DNA from: Paraphysomonas bandaiensis
Lineage: Eukaryota; Protista; Chrysophyceae
Assembly: GCA_965644295.1 (NCBI GenBank)
Contig: CBFFRP010000314.1
Location: forward strand, 1-64,000
Direction: 5' to 3'
Length of the DNA: 64,000 bases
The translations under genes and the position numbers were made by a program. The notes below the pieces were generated by a model that saw nothing but the letters and a program-made list of their open reading frames with translations, made no database searches and had not been told where the DNA came from. Shown piece after piece: positions 23,200-35,689 of the stretch (within the stretch, counting starts at the first letter, position 1; the number at the start of each line of letters is the position of its first letter).

Positions 23200-24040
23200 A
23201 AATTACTTGAAATATGCGCCTGACCACAAGTGTCGATTTTCTTTCAGAAACAACACCAAAATATTAAGTGTACTATGATGCATACTTTTGTGCAGCACTG
23301 AGATAATAAGCTTAGCTGCGCTGAACATGCGTTCACATGTATGGGAAGTTCATTTCTCAAGTCGTCTACAAGGGCAGTGATATCTCAATTCCGTCCAGCA
23401 CTACGAATCATATCAGTCACTACATCCAAGAAGCCGTTGATTCTTGACACAGGACCTTTTATACAAAATACAAAACCACTTCAGCAGAACCTAAAACTTA
23501 GAGGACATTAATCATTTCTGGTAGCAGAGCGGTTAGGCCACAGTAGCAAGCAAGCATGCTTATATTCTGCTTCAACTTATCCATTAGCAGTTCTACTTGT
23601 CATTGAGGTCTGCTGCCTTCTTCAAGTTGTTGGAATACGTATGGTCCTCTAAGATAGTACTGCAGTTATACGTAGTCAATAGTCAAAGATGCTATAGCTA
23701 TAACTGTGAAACTGAAGTATTATATCATGACGATTCAAGATACGGAAGTTGAGCAGTGGTTGATATGAACGAAATAATTTATCATGTTGTTGACACACAA
23801 TTGTGCGCTTGTGTATACAATTATAAGAATATAATCTATCTAGTTTTGATTAACTTTAACTTCTTCTCTTAAACGATCTTCATTGTCTCAAATGTCAGAT
23901 TTCTTTGTTATTTCTCTTCTATTTTCTACCAATGAGTTCATTGACTGTAAGATTAAGTTGGACACCAAAATAGCAGTAGATATCTCAACACTTTACTCTT
24001 GTAAGCATTCATCGTTCAGACGTTTCTTCATATTAGTATA
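23200..24040 (-). pseudogene. hAT transposase remnant (dimerisation domain), interrupted by a family-1 LTR fragment
   Basis: Minus-strand translation TSHTCERMFSAAKLII...SM...LNILVLFLKENRHLW. Confidence 0.75.
23628..23881 (+). mobile_element. Diverged, truncated solo LTR of copia family 1
   Basis: Begins TGTTGGAATACGTATGG; colinear with 11950-12240 with deletions. Confidence 0.88.
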
Positions 24041-24061
24041 TATTATATATATATTATATAT

Positions 24062-24456
24062 CAGGGATAGGGAACAATATATTGCAATACTATTGTTAGA
24101 TAGCGTTCCATCAATAGTATTGATGGAATTTTTAAACCGGTCCTACAATACAATTACAATATATTGCAATATATTGTCAATGTATTGCAATACATTAGTA
24201 TGACTACTCAGTAGGTAAACACATCCATAGATTAAATATTATATATACATTATATATATTCGTGCAGAGCGAGCGATATGTAAAAATAGCTTATATATGT
24301 GTATGATCTTACATTTGCACCCTACAGATATTGTGATTGTAATATACAGTGAGCTATGTAAACAGAATTAATATTGATGGAATTTTTGGCCGGTCCACCA
24401 ACCAACATTTTTCAATATATCGCAATTCAATATTCTGTACTTCCCTAGGAGCCCTG
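24062..24456. mobile_element. hAT-type MITE (CAGGG...CCCTG)
   Basis: Terminal CAGGGATAGGGAA / TTCCCTAGGAGCCCTG; AATATATTGC subterminal repeats; related to 40900-40980. Confidence 0.6.
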
Positions 24457-24775
24457 CACGGTAAGTAAATGTCATCAGTTTTATTTTAACTAGTACCAGT
24501 AGGCGAACTTTGATTCCAGATTAGAGATTAGTGATACCAATTTAATGCAATAAGATGAGAGTACGGTGTGACTGAATTTAGAATGATAAATACTACTATT
24601 GAATCGTTATTACCAGATATTTACTCAAATTTCACTGTAACAAATCGTGATCGGCTTAAACAAAATAACCAAATCAAAAAATATGATAAAGTAATCAGTG
24701 CATGCCGATCTAAACCCGATGCAATGAACGTATGAATAGCTCAACTGGCGTACACATGGCCACTAACAATGCTAT

Positions 24776-26617
24776 TTAACGTACTTGCAAAATGCCAGAT
24801 GCGACAAGCTTGTCAATCTTCGCACGCATACCCGGATCATTCAAGGCTCGCTGTGCTGCCTGAGGGTTCTCCTGCAAGTCCTGAAGGGTCTGTCTCACCA
24901 TTGGGTCCTGGAGAATAAACTGAATTTCTGGATCTGCCATGGCATGCGCAGCTCTCTCTTTATCGTCCACACCGTGGGATGAGTTGATCTGCTGCATCGT
25001 TTTGTTCAAACCCTGCTTGCAGAGTGCATTTTCAGGATCAATTTGCAAACCAGCCTTGTAGCTATCCAACGCCTTGTGGTACTCTTTCATAAAGAACTCG
25101 ATGTCGCCCTTCTTAGCCCAAGCCTTCACGTATGTTCGATCCAGCTCAAGAGATTTCTCGACTTGCCTCTTGGCACCGTTAAAATCTCCCATTTTTAGCA
25201 AAGCAGCAGCAAGATTGTTGCAATATGAAGCATTTGAAGGATCACGTTTCACTGCTTCTTCGTACTCCGCAATGGCGGTTGGGAAGTCGTTAGCACGGAA
25301 GGCAGTGTTTCCTCTTTCTTTGGCTTCAAGCGCCAGCTCGGGGTTGATATACGCCTGCATCTGCTTCTTTTTGTGCTCCAGCTCCAGATTTTTGACCTTG
25401 CGTTCTATTGCTTTATCAAAGTGCTCCTGCCAGCGTATTTTTAAAATTCAAACTATAAGTGTTGTATATATATAGCATAACAACAAAAAACTCGGGTCAT
25501 GAACAAAATTGGAGTGTATGAAAACACATTTCTACCACTACTACTCAAACTTGACACTATTATAGAAAAGATAAATTCCATACCATTTGGGCTTTTGCGT
25601 AGCACTCCTTAGCAGTGGGGAAGTCGTCCTTCTTGAGATAGGCAGCAGCCATACGTTGGTACATTTTCGCGATGTCTTCATACGGGGCCCTCTGTGAGCG
25701 ACCATATTCAATTCCCTCTTGGCACTGCTCGATAGCGCGATCCAACTCACCCATTTCGATGTATACAGCTGCCTTATTACTGAGATAGGTAATGCATGTG
25801 GGATCAAGAGAGGATGCCTCGTCGTAAGCTGCCAAGGCTTCGGCAAATTGCTTCTGTTTGTAGAGTGCATTACCACGTTCTTTGGCGGCTTTGGCGGCGT
25901 CTTTAGCAGCTTGTGCACGCTTCTCTTCCTCGGTAAGGGGGGTTGGAGGAGGGGTGGGCTTTTTCTCTTCTTTGGGGGCAGGAGCGGGAGTAGGAGTACT
26001 GTCGGTTTCCATCGGACCTTCACCCTCACCCCCCATCAATAATCCAAAGATTTCCATAATCTCAGGGTCCTGGAGCATAGCCTGGGGATTAGTTTGTAGC
26101 ATCTGTAGCTTCGCCATAAAGGCAGGGTCAGCCAGCTTGGGACCATACTTTGGATGAGAGGCCAATTTCGTTAGAAGTTGCGGTGGAAGGAATCCACCGG
26201 GTGAAGGTGTACTTTGTGCCTTCTTGACCTCAGCTAATCCACTCTGAAGTCCAGCATCGCTAGGTGCAACTGCTAATCCTGCCTCATAGGCAGCGATAGC
26301 ATCAGGGTACCTCTTCAAAGAGTGCAAAGCAGCTCCTTTTCTGGAATATCCCTTTGCCCACTGAGGATTCAACTCGATACATTTCTCGGCATCAGCTAGA
26401 GCACTATTACCATCCCCCTTACTCAAATATGCAGCAGACCTATTCGAAAAAAACACATGGTCTGTAGAATCCAGCTCGATGGCTTTGGTATATGCAGCGA
26501 TGGCTTCGTCGAATTCCTTCTTCTGCAAATGAGAGTTTCCTTGCGCTTTAAACTACAGGAAAGCAATCAGCACATAAAACAATAACATTAATCGGTCAGT
26601 ACCTCAGCAGCACTCAT
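24776..26617 (-). CDS. STI1: Hsp70/Hsp90 organising protein Sti1/HOP, 3 exons
   Basis: TPR1-DP1-TPR2A-TPR2B-DP2 layout (SNRSAAY, KERGNALY, AMADPEIQ, KLVASGIL). Confidence 0.95.
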
Positions 26618-26737
26618 GATTAGCGCGGCAAAAGACTTATGGGTTCTAGTCTGTCGCTGTTGATCAGGACTGAGAGCTGGTCTGTGCGGTGCTCTGTGTG
26701 AGCTCCTCTCACTCGAATTTTTTTCTAGGTTGGTTGA

Positions 26738-26755
26738 TTTTCTAGAAAGCGAAAT
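26738..26755. promoter_or_regulatory. Candidate heat-shock element (TTCTAGAA) upstream of STI1
   Basis: nTTCnnGAAn ~125 bp upstream of the STI1 ATG; only two clear units. Confidence 0.35.
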
Positions 26756-26973
26756 ACTGCTGGAAATACGACGTATTAGATACTATGAAACTGAAACCCC
26801 TCCACCAGCTAAAACTAATAACTGAAAATGTCTGTCTGCTTGAGATCCTGATGTGGTCTGTTTTTGTTTATTGGGAGTGGTGGTCCCTGCGGCTTAATTC
26901 TACTTATGGTCCGATTAAATAAGAGTGAATTACTTCTTATTCATTAAGTGGTTCAACTGGGTATAGTGCAAGT

Positions 26974-27726
26974 ATGGCGGACACCATTGTTATCGACGGG
27001 AAGGGACATCTCTTTGGACGCCTTGCATCTGTTGTTGCAAAGGAGCTTCTCAACGGAAAGAGAATTGTTATCGTTCGATGCGAGGAAGTTTTGATTTCCG
27101 GCTCTTGTATGTTGCATCTCTATGAAAGTGTTTTATATACTGATTGTTCTATTAATCTATGCAGTGACCAGAAATAAGGTGAAGTATGCCCAGTTTCTGC
27201 AGAAGAGACAAAACACAAACCCTGGCAGGGGTCCTTTTCACTTTAAATCTCCTGCCCGCATCCTCTGGAGATCTGTAAGTGGCGTCTTTTCTTTCTTTGT
27301 TGGGGTGCTTATATAAATTTGATTCAGATCCGTGGAATGATTCCCCATAAGACTTCCCGTGGTCAGTTGGCGATGGCTAGACTAGCTGTAAGCAATTTAA
27401 TCGTCGTAGATATTTATGTAACATTGTATCGCTAGACTTTTGAGGGTATCCCCGAGCCTTACGACAAGAAGAAGCGTGTGGTTGTACCCGAGGCTATTAA
27501 AGTTATCCGTTTGAGGTCTGATCGCAACTTCTGCGTTCTTGGCAACCTCTCCAGAGAGTTTGGCTGGAACTATGGTCCTCTTGTTGAGAAGTTGGAGGCC
27601 CAGAGAAAGGCTAAAGAGCAGGCATATTACGCTGAGAAGAAAGCTAAGGCTGCCCTTAAGGCTAAGGCAGAGGCCGCCGCCGATCTTTCTGCGGTTGCTC
27701 CTGTGTTGAGTGCTCTTGGTCACTAA
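26974..27726 (+). CDS. RPL13A: 60S ribosomal protein L13a (uL13), 4 exons
   Basis: [55 protein letters not shown]; three short GT-AG introns. Confidence 0.97.
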
Positions 27727-28445
27727 GCTAGATTCTCCACTATCCCATATTGCTGAACCAGTCATACACATGCATGCGTTTGCTGCAAATTAACGACAAA
27801 TCTTGATATATGCTAAATTTCACCTAATCTTATAGTTCATTACAGTACACCATCTAGTTCTCATTATTGCTTGCGCATGTAACAGAAAAGCAATAACTGT
27901 ACCCCAATGAATGAACTGATTATTACTCAACAGACCAATAGTACTCCAGCTACACACTCTACTACTCTAGTCTCTAGTACCAATACTTATTACCTGACAC
28001 TAGCCGGGAGTCTCTGGAGCTTAAAGCCATTTCTGATACATTATTTCTCTTTTTACCACGACTGAGAGCATTGCTCAGTAAGTCGAGCATATCCACTACC
28101 TCACCTGCATGGTCTTCTTTTTCCATTTCAAACACGGTTTCATGCTGTAAATCAGCACATGAATCAACGACGTACTCGGACTGAACTTTCACTGCGCATT
28201 TCAAATGCTTTTCTCCCCTCCAATACTAATAGGCATACTGCTTGCTTGCGTCGTCTTCAATAACCTCGAGACATACACTCTCCGCTTTTCTACAGGTCAC
28301 GGGAACCCACTTGTCACGCTCATTTTGTCGATAATGAGGCATAAACCTTCACAATAGCTCTCCCGCATAGTGATGAAGCTTGCAATACGAACTCACAGTT
28401 AATAATGGCACGATTCACAGTGTATTCGCTCTCTCAAATTCCTTC

Positions 28446-28606
28446 TGTGGGAATAAGTCGATCCAGCGGAATATGTCGATCCAGCAAAAAAATCGACCTT
28501 TTTTCGTTATTTCTCTGAAATATATTCGTCAAAAAACAGCATGCATCAAAAAAACCTGGATTTTTTTGCTGGATCGACATATTCTGCTGGATCTTATATT
28601 CCCACA
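28446..28606. mobile_element. ~160-bp MITE with ~48-bp imperfect TIRs
   Basis: TGTGGGAATA..GATCCAGC.GAATATGTCGATCCAGCAAAAAAATC at both ends in inverted orientation; TSD not resolved. Confidence 0.8.
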
Positions 28607-29561
28607 CACAGAATTGTTGCCTTATTGGAATTCCAAGACATCACTATCTAAGTGCGTGGCATTCGCTACTTCAAAATTGAAGTTGCGGTTTCTGCAGCAC
28701 GACATCAAGATTTCAGCTGGATGATGGTATCTTGTTCCCTCAAACCATCCCTATCTGCTTCTTGGAGTTCCAAAACGCTGTTCACATACCAGTGCCTGCC
28801 CATACTTCAATGTTCTGTTCGACGTCACACTTTAGTCAGCCGCATTTGCGATTACTACACAATCACAACTTCACTGCAATCAAGTCAGAGTTATCATCAC
28901 GACTAAGATTCGTGTCCTCACAGTGAGTGTTGCCTGGAGTGACACTTCTTTATTGGCATGCTCCATTTCTGATTGGCTTCTGCGGTATATTTTTTTGGAC
29001 AAGACGATGAAAAACGACGCTTTTGTTCTCGTTAGCGCGAAGGGCATCCCAGTAGAGCTCATAGAACTCCCATCCATACACTCGTATCCAGAATATACTC
29101 CAGAGCGCAAGTAAAACTCCCTTGCCTGACAATCCTGGAGTTTTACTTGCGCTCTGGAGCTTGAGGAAGATTTTACTCCCTTGCCTGACGATCCTGCAGA
29201 GTGTTCGATCATGGAAGACCGCAGTCCTGATCCCTTCTATCAGACATTGCATGCTCTTACTTGTCCAGATACACTGGATGAAATGATTCGTTACTAATAT
29301 TCGCCGCAAGGGAATGGATACTTTAAACGAGCAGCAGCATGTGGCAGCTCGAACAGCCGAACTGGAGACATCACGGTATCATGACCAGCTCACTGAAACC
29401 AATTCATTTCCGTCGGCTGACTTAACACTGCTTCCTGCATCGTTTGTTTCTACTTATTTAGTAATATTTTTTGCTATCTGTTCCTTAGTCTTAGTTTGTT
29501 TCATTTTTACCATTAACTAACATTCGATACAACGTAACTTTTACTTACATAACCTTTCGAC

Positions 29562-29662
29562 ACTTAGTAACACTTACTTCTATTCACACTTAGTAACAAC
29601 TTAGTAACACTTACTTAGTAACACTTACTTCTATTCACACTTAGTAACAACTTAGTAACACC
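29562..29662. repeat. Short compound tandem repeat (ACTTAGTAACA units)
   Basis: Direct reading. Confidence 0.8.
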
Positions 29663-30372
29663 ATATATATAATATAGTAATTAATCCATTTCATTAAATT
29701 CAATATATCTCATCATCTGCATATTTAAGAAGGGTAATTGAACATAGATATTGTAGCCCGCAGTTTTAAGGATTCATTGTATGGTAGTACGTAACTACGT
29801 TCTTTGTTAATCCTGATGTTGCACACTTGGCGGAATCCGCCAGGCGGATCATGTATACCAAGCCAATTTAGAATGGACTATGCGTTTAATTGTTTATTCT
29901 ATGTTGGTGAACATAGAAAAATACAAAGCTTGATAGACTGTACCTCAACAATCACGTCTTAATGAGATATTCAGTTTGCTATTTCCTTTTGCATGAGATA
30001 TGAGATATCACACATCCTATTTTCATACTATGCAACACCATCGCTGTTAACACTAACTTTATATCCAAGCCTTTGTCATAGTGCATTGTAGTGATCGTTA
30101 AAAATATCGACTACTATATGAGATCTGTATTAGGTATTAGCAGTACACTCCACACTATCGACAATGCATGTGAATTTATAGTTCTGAAAAAGTGCTAGTA
30201 ATTCGTGATAGCAAAGTTTCTCAGCATTGGGGTTTGATTTGTGTTTCTAAGATTTCATCTAAGAATATTTCTATTTATCTGCGACGAGTATTTGCAAGTC
30301 TCTATTGTTCTGCAGCATACCGGGAATATAATAAAATTACAGTATCTTTCAGTTACATAATGATAAGTTAAT

Positions 30373-30931
30373 TCAACTAATTGTATCCTTTACTTTAGGA
30401 ACAACAAAATAATCGCCATGCCTTTTCGGCGCGTTCCTAAATATCGCCTGCTTATCACACTCCTCTGGTCGGTCTTCCCTTAACGATGGTATCGTCAATA
30501 CCGTGTCAGCTTCAACAACGCCTTCCTCTATACCAGCAATCTTGAAAAAGTAAAATTGAGATACATATCAACATCAAATTGTACATTCGCACATTCATAG
30601 TTTTCATAGCCTCTGCGCAGCGTAACAAAACATTCACATCATGTGCGACATCTGTATATACATCCTTTGAGTCTCCTAGATCTATGCAAGCCAGACGTGA
30701 AAGGTACTTAACCTACATAAATTATCTTATGACTACAATGTAGGCATATAATATGCAGATGTGGCTCACTCTATCTTCTGATATAACAGACTCCGTATTT
30801 TCTGTATCACACAACTGGAGATCCTTGAGAGACCAAGACGGAGGTGGCACCATACTGCTAAAGCAGTGCTGTAAACTGTTTATTCGGGATGCAAACGACA
30901 GGCGAGACAAGACCCTGCATTGCTTAATCAT
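30373..30931 (-). CDS. GATC: Organellar Glu-tRNA(Gln) amidotransferase subunit C, 3 exons
   Basis: Spliced translation: presequence, VKYLSRLACIDL...LREDRPEE...IFRNAPKRHGDYFVVPKV. Confidence 0.85.
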
Positions 30932-31377
30932 TTGTGACCGATATGACGGATTCACAGAAAGCGAACAAGTGTGTTATTATGCACTTCTTCAACAAGGTAC
31001 AGTACTGTAGCTAGCCTTGCAACACAACACACACCACTATACACTGCGACTGTATGAGGAGGAGAGGTGCTGTATTAGAACAGTATATAGTCCTAAATAC
31101 GTGAGAATACTGTGTACATTCAAACAAAGCAAAAGCATCAGATGTACGACGGTTTTTTAGTCGTAGAGCACCTGCTTCAATCTTCTGCCAAAAAATATCA
31201 CCCACACCTCCTCGGCTCGCTCTGATCTTATCTTCACGTACTGGTACTGCTGTATAACGACGTGATGATGTACATCGCGACGAGCACCATACCTGAACTC
31301 ATTAAGTAGTCGATGTGATACGTGTATGTTGTGTTAGCTAACTTGAGAGAGTAGTACAAATAATTGGATCAAGTACA

Positions 31378-32595
31378 ATGGGAAGCGGAGTGTCGGTGGA
31401 GAAGTTTAGTGCCCTTCCTGAATTTATTTCCCGAGAAGAGTTTGGACCCCTATTCCATGAGAAGTATAGGATGGCAATATACAATGCTCTAAAAGAAGAG
31501 AATGATATGATCGACAGAGCTAAGCTGTTATCTATAGTGTTCAATGATTCTGAAATGGAGACATTTGGCTTGTTTTTGAGATTCTGCGCAACCGGAGAAA
31601 TGGACGAGAACAGTTTTATTCGATTTTTTCGTGAAGGTAAACTGTTGTCTAAGAAAAAACTACCAAAGCAAAGAGCGCTTGCCATTTTTCGCTCAAAAGC
31701 TGATAAGAAATGTTTAAATTATAATAAATTGCGGTTCGAATTACTGCCACTAGTGTCAGAGGAAATTGGTATGGAGACGTCGATGGTGATTGTCCGCTTA
31801 TCCAATCGCCTTGTGACATCAGGTCTATCAGAGTGCTTAACAGAATCTGCAATAGATGATTCAGAGCCTGCAGGAAGAAAGCATTCCAACTTTGTGGAAA
31901 TTGTATCTGATATACAGAAGGCATATAAGGCCGTACTTAAGATTCAGAGTTTATTTAGAGCAAAACATTCTCGAAACAAAACTATAAAAAAGAAAGAGCT
32001 CAAGATGATTGAGGATGCGGTTGGATTGACAATTGATGTTGATCTCGACACAGCAACATTCGAAGGGCCACACGAAGAAAAGCTGCAAAAGGTATTTACG
32101 GAATATGGGGCGAAGTTATCTACCACTGGTCCTAGTATGAATAAATATGAGTTTTGTGAGGTTTGTCAGGATTCTCTGTTGTTTCAGCGGCATATTGCCA
32201 AAATAAAGCCGTTTGTTTTTAACGATGGATTGCACATGTTCGACAAAGTGCTCACGACAGTGCTCTATGCGAACGATGGAAAGTTTTCGAAATATGTTGT
32301 AAACGGAAAACGTGTACGTTACTGTGTGTTCCGCGCTTTGCTTGTGCCTGCATTGGCTGAAAGACTAGGAAATGTTTCTGTTGAGTCCATAATCAAAGAT
32401 ATAACGTCGCATATTGTATTAGAGGGACAGCTTCATCAAGATGATTTGCTAATTGAATTTGGTCGAATTCGTACAAGTACAGTCAAAGTGATTGAAGAAC
32501 CCAGCAGCTCTAAGCGGAGGGCATCAAAGCGGGCTCAAGAAGCAGTTATAAATACACCACTTATGGGTGATGTTGCCCTCATTGCGTTAGAATAG
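31378..32595 (+). CDS. Putative N-myristoylated p25alpha(TPPP)-like domain + IQ motif protein
   Basis: MGSGVS N-terminus; two F..F...M(D/N)..(S/E)F..L p25alpha-like segments flanking IQSLFRAKHSR. Confidence 0.6.
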   Translation: MGSGVSVEKFSALPEFISREEFGPLFHEKYRMAIYNALKEENDMIDRAKLLSIVFNDSEMETFGLFLRFCATGEMDENSFIRFFREGKLLSKKKLPKQRALAIFRSKADKKCLNYNKLRFELLPLVSEEIGMETSMVIVRLSNRLVTSGLSECLTESAIDDSEPAGRKHSNFVEIVSDIQKAYKAVLKIQSLFRAKHSRNKTIKKKELKMIEDAVGLTIDVDLDTATFEGPHEEKLQKVFTEYGAKLSTTGPSMNKYEFCEVCQDSLLFQRHIAKIKPFVFNDGLHMFDKVLTTVLYANDGKFSKYVVNGKRVRYCVFRALLVPALAERLGNVSVESIIKDITSHIVLEGQLHQDDLLIEFGRIRTSTVKVIEEPSSSKRRASKRAQEAVINTPLMGDVALIALE

Positions 32596-32694
32596 AATTT
32601 TTCTTACTATTCATCTATATGTCCATCTACATTAGTTGTTGATCTACATCTGTTATCTATCTAATATTGCTAAATAAGAATGAAACTTAGATGC

Positions 32695-32890
32695 TCAAAA
32701 TTATAAAATTATAAATAACATCACACATCATTCATTGTCATCCACCAACTCTTTTATCTCTTCTACACCAACTATTTCTAGGACGATATTATATCGTCAC
32801 TATCTCCTATCTTGTACAGTCAATATATTTCAGTTTCATTACTACACAAACTATCATATTGTTAGTTTTCATAATACAGTCAACTACTAC
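32695..32890 (-). mobile_element. LTR fragment, family 4
   Basis: Similar to the reverse complement of 52050-52230. Confidence 0.6.
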
Positions 32891-32902
32891 TACTGTATTC
32901 GT

Positions 32903-33538
32903 TGTTGAGTTCTGCTATATGAGGGCAATCGAAAGCTGTAGTTATAAGGTATTTAAATTACTGTAGTATACAGTTGTAGTCTTGTTAATCGTATTGTGAT
33001 ATATTGAAGGTCTTATTATTTAGCAATAGGCGTTAAAAACTCGTTCCGATATAGTGGCTAGTTGAATGCTAGATCTACTAGTTAGATCTCTACCCATAAC
33101 TAATCAGCACAAATTCTATTATCCTACTATTTAGCGCTACAGAAGCTGCTTGTGTGTCGCCGCAAGCACCAAGGTGCAACCACTTCCGTTCTTAGTGTTG
33201 TGTGTGAGTTTCGCCCTGCTCGTGTGTCTTAGGACTCACTGGCGCGAGTTGTCCGGGGGTCTCCCCTTGGGATTAGGTTCCGCCAGGCTCTGAGGTACAG
33301 GGTTCTGGATTAAGGTCCTGAGAATCGCATTGTGAGAATGAATGACGATAAGTATATAGTGGTAAAACGGAATATAGTGACGAAGTCAGACGTCGTACGA
33401 TAAATGGGTGGTGGTAGAGACAACATGAAATTGATGAATGATAAGAGATATTGATTATAATTCATAATTCTCAGCTTTGAGTAGAAGTTACCTTCTGTTG
33501 TTAAATTAATACTTCTCATATAATGTCAAACTTTGATA
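32903..33538 (+). mobile_element. Solo LTR family 3, interrupted by a LINE 3' fragment
   Basis: Matches 4380-4691 once 33000-33328 is removed; imperfect TSD TTCGT/TTTGT. Confidence 0.8.
33000..33328 (-). mobile_element. 5'-truncated non-LTR retrotransposon (copy A)
   Basis: 7-bp TSD ATTGTGA (32993-32999, 33329-33335); ORF tail PKGRPPD; conserved 3' UTR. Confidence 0.8.
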
Positions 33539-33624
33539 TTTGTTGAGTAACGGTTACAATTCAAATACCTAGAACTACAGCTTCTTATAATTGCTCACAA
33601 GTAGCAAAACTCAACACTACTATC

Positions 33625-33736
33625 CAGGGCTGCGTATCAATTAATTGCAATAATAGTAATTGAGACAACAAGTAATAATTGCAATTGCAATTATAATTGA
33701 CTACAACTTGCGTCAATTAATTGATAAACAGCCTTG
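33625..33736. mobile_element. hAT MITE
   Basis: TIR CAGGGCTGCGTATCAATTAATTG / CAATTAATTGATAAACAGCCTTG; 8-bp TSD CTACTATC/CTGCTATC. Confidence 0.8.
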
Positions 33737-34284
33737 CTGCTATCTATAAGACTAGGCTATAAGCTATAAACCATTATATGGCCATCTCTTTCACATGATG
33801 TTACATTATACGCAAGTGACTCAGTTGAGAAAGGTTGTGTACGTAGTATGTAGGATAGCGAGAATTATAACTAAACTACAACATATAAATTAGGAGACCT
33901 GTATAAATTATAAAATAGTAGAATTTTAATGGAATACAGCACACATACAACGACGACGATGTTAAACTATGCCAACGTTTCAAAGATACGTTTATTGGAA
34001 TGGAAAAAGAATTTTAATCACGGTAATGATTACTGAAATTACACATAATGTTGTATAGTTTTATGTTTCTAAACTAGTAGCTGTAATCAAAGTAGCTCAT
34101 ACTACAATATATTCTTGTTTGGTACATGGTGAACAAACCCATGTCCGATCAATGATATGAGGTCACGTTAAACACATCATATTCATTGTCTGCATTGCCG
34201 CTAAAACAATCCAAACCCTGAGCATCGCGATTACGAACACCATCATTCCTCCATACTTATCAGAGGGTTATGTAAATTTCCAAA

Positions 34285-34365
34285 TATCCATATATACTCA
34301 CATCCATACATTTCCCCTTATACTCATATCCATATACTCATATCCATATATACTCATATCCATAT
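34285..34365. repeat. 16-bp tandem repeat ATCCATATATACTCAT
   Basis: Direct reading, ~4 imperfect copies. Confidence 0.75.
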
Positions 34366-34439
34366 TGCGTCTATATACTATATACTGCAGCTGGCCCCTA
34401 CTTAGTATATGATCATGTAGATTTTCTACGACTCATACA

Positions 34440-35460
34440 CACTCTACGTAGCACTCACTCGATATCACCAGCAAAAACACAAAAGAAATTGGTTGTTTCT
34501 AAAAGTGATTTCTGTGCCGCCATCATTCCACATCACATTGGATCTACAGCAACAACTTCATACCATCTATTTCAATATTCTTCTTCAAATCATCAATGCC
34601 TTCATCGTCTGCACCAACAATATCACGAAATTTGGCGAAGTCCTTCTCCGTCAGGAGTTTTAGCAATGGTGTTGCAGAGCTGCACATGACCACCGGCTCC
34701 GGCTGGTCTTGATCTCCACTGGGTGCGGCCTCAGTGTCACCAGCCTCATCAACAACATTATTAGCATCTTCCACATCATCAACATTGACACTTATGTCTG
34801 CATGTGACACTATAACAACTTTAATGGTTAATATCACATACTTACTAATGTCAATGGTGTCACTACAACGATTCTCATATTTCCAGTAACATGGGCCGAT
34901 GTTACTGGAAATGTTACAGAAAATCTATAAGGGTGAACACTGCTTAGCAAACAAGGGCTGAGCGTCCTCATATGCTGGACTACGAATAATTTTCTCGCGG
35001 AGGGTATGCTCTTCCTTCTCCTCCTCCATAAGCTGCATCAACTGGCGCTCCAAAGTCTCCCTCCCCTTCTCCTTACGACCATCCTCGTCACCCGCTGCAT
35101 CAAAATGTGCCGGCAGAGTGGCATACCTCGCAGCCATCTCAACAATATCTAGACTCTGTCCAGTGTAATCGAACTTCATGGTCAGGTTTCTTACTGGGAT
35201 TTTTGGTCTACTCGGATAAGCCATAAACACTTTTTATAGGCCACCCGTTTGGCGAGGGTTACGGGCAGGCAATAACTTTGTAATAAAGCAGGAGAGGGAA
35301 AAAACACATGAGGCGACACAAACCCCCGCATAGTCTGCAGGCAATCCTCGCAGTAGGGAATCGCTTTCTCCCTCCATGCAAATATACGCCATTTTTCCAC
35401 TTCAGAGGTAGAGATTAGTCCCTCCGATGGTATAGATACGTCTGATACACTAGACTGGAG
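34440..35460 (-). pseudogene. Disrupted ORF fragments, probably TE-derived
   Basis: Protein-like ORFs 35191-35400, 34925-35230 and 34544-34837 separated by a frameshift and stops; family not recognised. Confidence 0.35.
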
Positions 35461-35689
35461 ACGATTCCCGGATGTCGTATGAGTGTTTGGCTATGGCGAA
35501 GTGTCTTGCCTTGTTTCAGGGTTGTTGGGTTCCTCCCGTATTCTCTGCTGTATACCGGTATTCTAGTATTCTAGACTTTGACATGTGCGGTCATATTACA
35601 CTCCACTGTGCTGAGAGCTATCTGCGTCATATCCTCTTATCCGTGTAAGCTTGTACTTTACACACCCTCTCTGGCAATCTCAATTGAAA

